The position numbers and the translations under genes were made by a program. Below, one piece after another: positions 14,694 to 21,628 of a stretch of DNA of 32,000 bases. How positions within the stretch are numbered: position 1 is the stretch's first letter; each line of letters opens with the position of its first letter. The stretch is from Aeropyrum pernix K1 (GTDB lineage: Archaea > Thermoproteota > Thermoprotei_A > Sulfolobales > Acidilobaceae), in NCBI RefSeq assembly GCF_000011125.1, contig NC_000854.2, forward strand, positions 390,001-422,000. The letters are read 5' to 3'. Below the pieces are notes generated by a model. The model was given only the letters and a program-made list of their open reading frames with translations, did not search any database and was not told where the DNA came from.

Positions 14694-15439
14694 GTAGTGG
14701 GTGGGTCGAGCTTAGGCTCTACACTATACTCAAGGACGCCGCGGGGGCTGAGACGGTCAGGGTGCCCTGCCCCCCCGGCGGCGTCACCCTCGGGGAGGCC
14801 CTGAGGGAGGCGGCGAGGACCTCAGGCGGGCTTGAGAGGGCCCTCGACGCAGTATCATGGGAGGTCTACGGGCTCCTGGACGACGGGTCTAGGCTCGCAC
14901 TGGAGGATAGGGTGGCCTGCGGCTCCAGGGTCCACGTTATACCCCCTCCGAGCGGCGGCGGCGTGGTGGTGGAGGCTAGGCTTCTTAAGCCGGGGGAACC
15001 CGTGGATATAGCCAGCCTGGTTGCTAGGGCGGCCTCCGCCTCGCCAGCCAACGGTGCTGTGGCCGTTTTCGTGGGCACCGTCAAGTCTGTAGTGGGGGGT
15101 GTGAGGGTTGAGAAGCTCTTCTACGAGGCCGCCTGGGGTGTTGCAGAGAGGGTTATAGAGTCTATATTGAGGGAGGAGGCTGGGGCCAACGGGCTCTCAG
15201 CGGCTATAGTCTACCACTACACCGGCGAGAGGAGGCCGGGGGAGACGACTATAGTGGCTGTGGTGGCGGGGGCTTCCCGGGGCAACGTCTACCCCGGGCT
15301 GCAGAGGGTTGTGGACAGGGTTAAGAGGGAGGCGCCCATATGGAAGGTGGAGTATAGGGAGGGAGGGGTTAAAGCCTACATACTGGGCGATAGGGTCGTC
15401 ACCCTCGTGCACCCGGGCCGCCGGCCTCGAGCATCCTAG
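14690..15439 (+). CDS. Fused molybdopterin synthase: MoaD-like sulfur-carrier domain (residues 1-90, ending in Gly-Gly) plus MoaE catalytic domain
   Basis: 249-aa ORF. The N-terminal ThiS/MoaD fold ends in VHVIPPPSGG at residues 81-90 (Gly-Gly at 89-90, codons about 14954-14959). It is followed by GAVAVFVGTVK...VEKLFYEAA...IVYHYTGERRPGETTIVAVVAGASRG......REAPIWKVE, typical of MoaE. The 3' end overlaps the convergent 15399 gene by 41 nt. Confidence 0.85.
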   Translation: MSSGWVELRLYTILKDAAGAETVRVPCPPGGVTLGEALREAARTSGGLERALDAVSWEVYGLLDDGSRLALEDRVACGSRVHVIPPPSGGGVVVEARLLKPGEPVDIASLVARAASASPANGAVAVFVGTVKSVVGGVRVEKLFYEAAWGVAERVIESILREEAGANGLSAAIVYHYTGERRPGETTIVAVVAGASRGNVYPGLQRVVDRVKREAPIWKVEYREGGVKAYILGDRVVTLVHPGRRPRAS

Positions 15440-15857
15440 CCAGCATCCTCCCCACGTTAACCTGGGCCCTGTACAAGACCGCGCCGTCCTCCTCCACCCC
15501 CACCTGCCCGGCCCACCCGGGCAGCTTGGCCTTCGACACTGCCAGAACGTATTCCAGGCCAGCCCCCCTAAGCAGGTTGAACCCCATCGTCAAGGGCGTC
15601 CTGGGCCTCGCCACCGCAGTCCAGAGTATGAGAACGAGGGGTTTGTAGAGCGCGCCCCTATAGTCCTCGGCCATGTGGAAGGCCTCGGCAGCCCCCAGCA
15701 CTGGCTCCGGCCTGCCGGGTAGGCTGGGTATCTCCTGGAAGCTGGCAAGCGCCTCTCTTGCTCGGGGGGCGGGGTCTAGTAGTGGTGTCGACCACTCGTG
15801 GTAGAAGACCACCCCCACTAGAACGTCCTCGGGGAGCTGCTCTGCGGCGGCGAGCAC
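15399..15857 (-). CDS. Degenerate VWA-like domain protein (MIDAS lost); probably the 3' part of a gene frameshifted relative to 15916..16509
   Basis: The ORF-track start is GTG 15857. The frame is open upstream to 15962 and encodes ...ARLRDLIIVLDKPRRGDTRLHSAV, which is the beta1 strand and helix 1 of a VWA-type Rossmann fold. There is no ATG, GTG or TTG in that stretch. The remainder (LVGVVFYHEW..., PLVLILWTA) follows a VWA strand/helix pattern. Confidence 0.6.
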   Translation of the reverse strand: MLAAAEQLPEDVLVGVVFYHEWSTPLLDPAPRAREALASFQEIPSLPGRPEPVLGAAEAFHMAEDYRGALYKPLVLILWTAVARPRTPLTMGFNLLRGAGLEYVLAVSKAKLPGWAGQVGVEEDGAVLYRAQVNVGRMLARMLEAGGPGARG

Positions 15858-15915
15858 CGCGCTGTGAAGCCTCGTATCCCCCCTCCTCGGCTTGTCCAGG
15901 ACTATTATGAGGTCT

Positions 15916-16509
15916 CTAAGCCTGGCTCCCCCCCGCAGCCCTAGCCACCCCCACTGCAGCCTTCATGTCGTCGCCCTCGCCGGCAACGATGTAGACACGC
16001 CCCCCGGTTCTGGAGGCGGCCTCCTCAACGCTCCTCTTAACCACATCCCCAGGCTGCCCCCCGACTATTATGAAGTGTAGCCTCACACCCATGTTCAGGG
16101 CGTAGATGGTGGCTAGGGGTATTGGTATGCCGGTGTTGAAGCCGCCGTCGCTCACCATAACCACATGCCTCTCCCTCCCGCTGCCCCTGAGCATCTTGAC
16201 GGACTCCACTATACCATCCCCCCCGGCAGAGCCCTCTCCTACTGCCCGTAGGAGGGTGAGGGAGTCGAGGACCCTCCTGTAGTTGTCTGTCGAGGGGAGT
16301 ATGGGGAAGGCCCTGTCGTGGAAGCCCACTATACCCACTCTCGAGCCGGGCCTCGAGAGTATCCGGGAGCTCGCCATAGCTATTATCCCGCTCGATACTT
16401 TGAGCTTGCTCGCCCCCAGGCCTCCGGCAGTCCTGGCCATGCTCTTCGACAGGTCTATAGCCCAGACAACGTCGTAGCCCCTATTCAACCCCCCACGCCT
16501 CAAGGGCAC
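15916..16509 (-). CDS. von Willebrand factor type A (VWA) domain protein with an intact MIDAS
   Basis: 197-aa ORF reading VVWAIDLSKSM (D19-x-S21-x-S23), VGIVGFHDRAFPILP, GEGSAGGDGIVESV and HVVMVSDGG. The GTG start overlaps the upstream gene by 29 nt; an alternative TTG lies at 16488. Confidence 0.85.
   Translation of the reverse strand: MPLRRGGLNRGYDVVWAIDLSKSMARTAGGLGASKLKVSSGIIAMASSRILSRPGSRVGIVGFHDRAFPILPSTDNYRRVLDSLTLLRAVGEGSAGGDGIVESVKMLRGSGRERHVVMVSDGGFNTGIPIPLATIYALNMGVRLHFIIVGGQPGDVVKRSVEEAASRTGGRVYIVAGEGDDMKAAVGVARAAGGSQA
15928..15934. repeat. C7/G7 homopolymer at the junction of the two VWA reading frames
   Basis: Counted directly: plus strand ggctCCCCCCCgcag. It lies 10 nt upstream of the TAG of 15916..16509. 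Removing one G fuses the two frames. Confidence 0.9.
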
Positions 16510-17257
16510 TCCTGGGTATGAGGAGTGGTATCGCCCTGGCGGACATTACTATTTCGGGGAGGCTGTCGGGCGGCTCGCCCACGCTCCGGACGTACATCGA
16601 TATAAGGCTCAGGCTGCTCCTAGCCTCCACACCCATCTCCCTAGCCCTAACCCTCAGCCTGTAGTCGTCGGAAAGGAGGACAACACCCTCCCTGGCGGCG
16701 TATGAGAGGACAGCCGCCTCCAGCGGCGTCGCCAGGAGGTCCCGAGGCTCCTCCTCCGGCACCTTTATATCGGTGAGTGCAAGGCCGTTAACAGGCCTGA
16801 ACCCCCTCCTTATCCTCCACGCGTCCAGCAGGTGGAGCTGGCTCTCTATCGCCGAGGGGGCCTCGAACACGTAGCCCTCTGAGGAGAGGTGGGCCATGAG
16901 GTCTGCCAGGCCTGTGGAGTATAGGGTGTAGGCCGTGAGGGCGTCCACAACGAGGACCTCCCCCGTGGGGGGAGCGTAGTCCTCCGCCACCACAGCCCCG
17001 ATGCTGGGGGTCACACCCCTCTCCAGCAGGTAGTCTATGAACCCCCTGAACGTCTCGTCCGCGAACTCCGCGGCGTAGTGGAGGGTCGAGCCCCTGTGTA
17101 CATACAGGTCTAGGGCGAGGCTCCTGAGGTCCATGCTCTGGAGCATGCTCCTCACGGCCTCCCTAACAGCCTCCGCGACGCTGGCGTATAGGCCCATCTC
17201 AGCTAGCCTCCTGAGCTTCCTCTCCAGGATCCCGCCGATCTCTATGGTGACAACCAA
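16481..17257 (-). CDS. Fused ribbon-helix-helix + UPF0175-like + PIN-like (DUF3368-type) protein; single-chain toxin-antitoxin-like architecture
   Basis: 258-aa ORF. The N-terminus VVTIEIGGILERKLRRLAEMGLYASVAEAVREAVRSML fits an RHH/CopG pattern. LALDLYVHRGSTLHYAAEFADETFRGFIDYLLERGV fits the UPF0175 antitoxin pattern. The C-terminal half has PIN-like acidic positions (VLVVDALT, ATPLEAAVLSYA, VVLLSDDYRLRVRAREMGV). The start is TTG. Confidence 0.7.
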   Translation of the reverse strand: MVVTIEIGGILERKLRRLAEMGLYASVAEAVREAVRSMLQSMDLRSLALDLYVHRGSTLHYAAEFADETFRGFIDYLLERGVTPSIGAVVAEDYAPPTGEVLVVDALTAYTLYSTGLADLMAHLSSEGYVFEAPSAIESQLHLLDAWRIRRGFRPVNGLALTDIKVPEEEPRDLLATPLEAAVLSYAAREGVVLLSDDYRLRVRAREMGVEARSSLSLISMYVRSVGEPPDSLPEIVMSARAIPLLIPRSALEAWGVE

Positions 17258-17391
17258 AACCTCAACCCCCCGTGGCGGGGCTTCCTGAATAGCCTTTCCC
17301 GCCTGGCGGTTTAAAAGATGGTTTCGGGCTGGAGAAGGGGTAACGGTTTAAAAAACCCTTGTATAAAGGATTGGCCTGAGCCGCCGTAGGG

Positions 17392-20300
17392 TTAGCTTAG
17401 GGGTGCTGTGGCGGTGAAGAACCCTGGCACCCTGAATATGGCGAACTTGTAGGGCCCGTAGTCGAAGCCTATGTCGTAGCTCCTGGCCAGCGGAGTGAGC
17501 AGCGCTATGGAGACCTCCTCCTCGCCCTGGTATGTGAATGTGACCTCAACAACGTGGGTTAGGCCGAAGCCGAGGGTGCTGGGGGTAACCGTGGCCCCTT
17601 CCACGCTGGTGTAGACCTGGGCGTAGCTTATTAGGGCTGTGCCTGTTATGGTGAACCTAACAGTCACCTCCTCGCCCTCCTGCAGCTCTCCGAGGACCTC
17701 TGCCGTAACCCTCACTGGCCTGAGCTCGACGGTGAAGGTCTCTGGGAACACGGTGGAGGCGTCTATTATGCTGTTCCTAACCACTACCCAGTACGGCTTC
17801 CCGGCTTCCGCCACCGGCGCCAGCACTATGGACTTGGTCTTCGAGGGTGTCTCGTAGTAGGGGACGAGGCCGCTCCTGCCTAGGGCCCCGCCGTGGTATG
17901 CCATCTTGGCGGCCACCACGCTGCCGTAGAGGTAGGCTATGTCCTCCTCAGTATCGGCGGCCAGGAAGTTGTAGCCGGGTCCTCCCACAGCAACGTCTAT
18001 GGCCGTGTCGGGGCTCTGCCACTCTACCGCCACCACTACAGCCTTCACCGACGGGTCCTCGAACACTACGGGGAAGGTCCTCCAGTCGCCGCTCTCGTAC
18101 CTCCAGCTCCAGTCGAACTTGCCGCTAACGGCGTACTGCCTGTAGGGCGCCTCCTCGACAAAGCCTCCGAAGTCTAGCACTCCAGTCTCACTATCAACAA
18201 CGGCGGCGACCGGTACTGAGACTGGCACCAGAGTCTTGCCGCCGTCGCTGTAGGCTATCTCTATGTAGTACTGGTAGACCCCGGGAGCCGCGTCCTCAGG
18301 TACCTGTATGGCAACCTCCGCCTCAACGCCTTCCGGCGTTACTGTGGTGCTGCTGAGGCTCACGCTCAGCCCGCAGGCGGGGAATCTGTGGAGGAACTCG
18401 GTCTCAAGCTTTAGGGGCAGCTCAAGCTGCTGCCCTATGAGGCCGTAGACGTTGAAGAGTATCCTGAGGTCTAGCACCGGCACGGCGTCTTCTGGGGAGA
18501 CCTCTATGCCCCACCTCCCGGTTAGCCACTCGGCAACCTCGGCAGCCTGGGACTCGGGGTTGCCGATCTCTACGTGGAGGGTGTTTGCGTATCTAATGTC
18601 GTAGTTCACCCTGGCCGTCTCGCCGAGGGTTATGACGCCGTCACCGTCTAGGTCGAAGCCTAGGTGGAACTCGGCCCCGAGAATTAGGTAGGGTACCCCG
18701 GGGGAGGGGCCGTAGGTCCTCCCGGGGTCCATTATTGTGTAGGGGAAGCTGACTATGATCTCGTTCTCGTACTCCAGCGGCTTGGCGAGGCCCTGGAGGT
18801 ACTCCTGCTTCATCGGGACGATTATCCTCCTCTCGTCGCCCTGGAGCAGCAGCGTCAGGGTGGAGCCGTCCTCACCCACCCCGGCGAGCCTCTCCTGCAG
18901 CGGCACCGTGGATCCGTCGGCCAGTATCACATAGGCGTTCTCCAGGTCCAGATACTCTAGCAGCCCCTTCCTGACTACGTGGAACGTGTAGGCCTTCACA
19001 TCCGAGACCTCAGCCTCGCCGGAGAGGGTCTTGAGGACCAGCGTCTCGACGGCGGTCTCGCCCGGCTTCAACACGCCGGGGTATATCTGGGTGTCCTCAA
19101 CCGGGTTGGGGGCTAGGAATGGGTAGCTGTAGCCGGAGAGCAGGCTGTAGACGTTCTCGTAGACGCTGGTGGAGAGTGCTATGGGGACTCCACCCTCTAG
19201 TACGGCCTTCACGGCCCTGTAGACGTCTACCTGGCCCGAGCCCTGGGTGAAGGCGTCGGCCCCCGTGTCCCTTGCTGTGCTCTTTAGTATAGCCTTGACC
19301 AGGCCTGGGCTGGGCTTGGCGCCGAAGGCCTGCTGGTAGGCGCTTATGACTAGGGCGACGCTTCCGGAGGTCATGGGGGTCGCCTCGCTCGTCCCGCCGA
19401 AGATGTCGAATGCTAAGGAGCCGTTACCGAGCCCGGTGAGGACCGGGACTCCGGCCCAAGCGAAGCTCCCTATGTTGACCACGTCAGGCTTGGCAACGCC
19501 TATCTGGCTGGGCCCCCTGTCGCTCCAGCTGATGACGTCGCCTCCCGGCGAGGGCAGGTAGCCGTAGAAAGGCCTGTAGTCGAATAGGGTGCTGGCTCCC
19601 ACGCTTATTATCAGGCTCCCGGCACCCGGGGTTGTGGCGGTGCCGTATCCGGGGCCTCCGTTGCCCATGGCATGCACTATCACCGTCCCGCTGGCGGAGA
19701 CTATGTAGTCCTCTATGGTTGCGTAGTCATCGGCGCCGGTGAGGAAGCCTCTGAGGGCTATGTAGCTGTTGCCCCAGCTGTTGTTAATCACGTCTACCTG
19801 GTGCTCCCCCGTGTACACCCAGTTCAGCGGGCTGTCCTGGGGCTCGAAGCCGGAGAGGAAGAGCTGGGCGACGAACACGTTTATGAGGAAGCTGCCTCCC
19901 GCGGCTATCTTAGCCCCGGGGGCCACGCCCCTCAGGCTCGTCTCTATGTATCCCAGGTTGAACTCCACGTTACCCCTCGAGGCTATGACCGTAGCCACGC
20001 TGGTGCCGTGTGCCAGGGTGTCGTAGAGTATTGACACCCACCTACCCTGCGGGTCTAGGCCTGGCAGTACCAGGCCCGCGTAGTCGAATCCTAGCCTCCA
20101 GCCAAGGTTCACGCTCTCCCCTGTCAGCAGCCCGACCCAGTCGTAGGTCCAGCCTGCTAGGGCGCCTGCGCTGAAGTCGTTGACCCCGTCTCCCGTGAAG
20201 TCTCTAGCCAGGACCTCGCTCCCGTAGCTGGCGGGGGTTTCGTCGGCGAAGCTGAGGTCGAGCAGGCTTGGGTCGGGCTCCCCGCTTATCATGCCAGTGT

Positions 20301-21387
20301 CACTGAGGGCTTTGAGGAATAGGTAGTAGGCTGTGCTGAGGTCGGCGTAGACCGTCTCGTAGCTGCCGTCGCCATCCCCGTCGGCCAGCAGGACTGGTAG
20401 GGAGTAGTTGAGTATGCCTAGGGAGCCGTAGAGTATGAAGACCGTCTGCACTGCGAGGCCGAACTTGAAGACGCCCCCGGCAGACTCTATGTCGCCGACG
20501 AAGAACCTGTCTATCGGGAACTCGTAGTACGCCACCGTGCCATCGGGGCTTATGTAGAGTAGCCAGCCGGCCTCAGCCTCTCCATAGCCCATGAAGAAGA
20601 GGTCTATGAAGGGGACTGGCGTGGACACATTTACATAGCCCTCCTCATCCTTCACAGCCTCCGAGAGCGTCAGGGCGAAGCCAAGCTGGTCGGCGTCGAA
20701 TATGAGGGGAGTCCCGTCCTCAGCCCGGGCTATGGACTCGACGCCCAGGTCGCTGTGGCCGTAGTCCACCCCCGTATCAACGACGGCGACCTTAACACCC
20801 TCGCCCGTGACCCCGAACTCCTCCCAGACCCTGGAGGCGCCTATGGCGTCGACCGCGGCGTAAAGCGTCGGCTCCACACCGGGCTCGGGCTGGAGCTTCT
20901 CTAGCAGCTCAACCTCCCTGAGTATGCTCGACACGGGGCTCCTGGACTTTAGAATGGCTGCCACGCCCTCGAGGCTGGCGAGAGCCTCAACACTCTCCCT
21001 GTCGGCCCAGGCCTCTATAACCCACTTTCCACCCATGTTCAGGCCGAATATGACACCCTCCGTCAGCCCAGCAACCTCCTCGGGGTTGCCGCCCAGGTAG
21101 ATGATGGTCACCTTAGCCTGCCCCTCCCTTAGGGGCTCGAGACCAGAGGCGAGCCTCTGCTCCCTGAGCTTGGCGATCAGGCTGGACAGCTCAGGCGTGT
21201 ATGCCACGTCGACGGGCATATCGTAGCCCTCGGGGTTGAGGAGGACAGGGTCTACGTAAGCTTTGTATTCTGGCGTAGGCGGAGCGGCGGATGGGGTGTA
21301 GGAGGGTGCTAGGGGTAGTAGCATTATTAGTATGAGGAGAGCGGCGGCGAGCCTCACGGCTAACCCACTAATTCTCGGAGTGTGCAT
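17392..21387 (-). CDS. Very large secreted subtilisin-family (S8) serine protease, pyrolysin/STABLE-protease-like
   Basis: 1331-aa ORF with a signal peptide (LAAALLILIMLLPLAPS). The catalytic motifs are VAVVDTGVDYGHSDL (Asp204), LAHGTSVATVIAS (His460), HAMGNGG (Asn576) and GGTSEATPMTSGSVALV (Ser667). There is a ~255-residue insert between Asp and His and a ~650-residue C-terminal extension. Several DGDG-type loops are present. Confidence 0.9.
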   Translation of the reverse strand: MHTPRISGLAVRLAAALLILIMLLPLAPSYTPSAAPPTPEYKAYVDPVLLNPEGYDMPVDVAYTPELSSLIAKLREQRLASGLEPLREGQAKVTIIYLGGNPEEVAGLTEGVIFGLNMGGKWVIEAWADRESVEALASLEGVAAILKSRSPVSSILREVELLEKLQPEPGVEPTLYAAVDAIGASRVWEEFGVTGEGVKVAVVDTGVDYGHSDLGVESIARAEDGTPLIFDADQLGFALTLSEAVKDEEGYVNVSTPVPFIDLFFMGYGEAEAGWLLYISPDGTVAYYEFPIDRFFVGDIESAGGVFKFGLAVQTVFILYGSLGILNYSLPVLLADGDGDGSYETVYADLSTAYYLFLKALSDTGMISGEPDPSLLDLSFADETPASYGSEVLARDFTGDGVNDFSAGALAGWTYDWVGLLTGESVNLGWRLGFDYAGLVLPGLDPQGRWVSILYDTLAHGTSVATVIASRGNVEFNLGYIETSLRGVAPGAKIAAGGSFLINVFVAQLFLSGFEPQDSPLNWVYTGEHQVDVINNSWGNSYIALRGFLTGADDYATIEDYIVSASGTVIVHAMGNGGPGYGTATTPGAGSLIISVGASTLFDYRPFYGYLPSPGGDVISWSDRGPSQIGVAKPDVVNIGSFAWAGVPVLTGLGNGSLAFDIFGGTSEATPMTSGSVALVISAYQQAFGAKPSPGLVKAILKSTARDTGADAFTQGSGQVDVYRAVKAVLEGGVPIALSTSVYENVYSLLSGYSYPFLAPNPVEDTQIYPGVLKPGETAVETLVLKTLSGEAEVSDVKAYTFHVVRKGLLEYLDLENAYVILADGSTVPLQERLAGVGEDGSTLTLLLQGDERRIIVPMKQEYLQGLAKPLEYENEIIVSFPYTIMDPGRTYGPSPGVPYLILGAEFHLGFDLDGDGVITLGETARVNYDIRYANTLHVEIGNPESQAAEVAEWLTGRWGIEVSPEDAVPVLDLRILFNVYGLIGQQLELPLKLETEFLHRFPACGLSVSLSSTTVTPEGVEAEVAIQVPEDAAPGVYQYYIEIAYSDGGKTLVPVSVPVAAVVDSETGVLDFGGFVEEAPYRQYAVSGKFDWSWRYESGDWRTFPVVFEDPSVKAVVVAVEWQSPDTAIDVAVGGPGYNFLAADTEEDIAYLYGSVVAAKMAYHGGALGRSGLVPYYETPSKTKSIVLAPVAEAGKPYWVVVRNSIIDASTVFPETFTVELRPVRVTAEVLGELQEGEEVTVRFTITGTALISYAQVYTSVEGATVTPSTLGFGLTHVVEVTFTYQGEEEVSIALLTPLARSYDIGFDYGPYKFAIFRVPGFFTATAPLS

Positions 21388-21573
21388 GTAAACCCACCCT
21401 AGAATAGTAGGCTGTATGAATTATGTCAGGCCTGGAGGATATTAAAGATTAGCAGGAATTCCTAATGTATAAACGTAAAGACTGAACTATGAATACCGGG
21501 CGAGGTAGGACTGGAAACTTGTACTCTCATGAATAGACCGGTCATAAAGTAAAGATAAACCAGGTTTGGAGGT

Positions 21574-21595
21574 AAAAAGAGGTTTAATTTAAAAA
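21574..21595 (-). terminator. Two oligo-T tracts (T5 each on the minus strand) downstream of the stalk-protein gene
   Basis: Plus-strand A5 runs lie at 21591-21595 and 21574-21578, which is 34 and 51 nt after the stop at 21629, in an AT-rich spacer. Confidence 0.5.
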
Positions 21596-21628
21596 TTGTG
21601 GGTGTTTTGTCTGCCGCCTCTCTTGGTG

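Noticed and set aside
15399-15439. 41-nt convergent overlap between the MoaD-MoaE 3' end and the VWA-like gene 3' end as a regulatory antisense feature
   Set aside because: Short 3'-3' overlaps are common in compact archaeal genomes. Nothing in the sequence (no hairpin and no oligo-T) singles it out.
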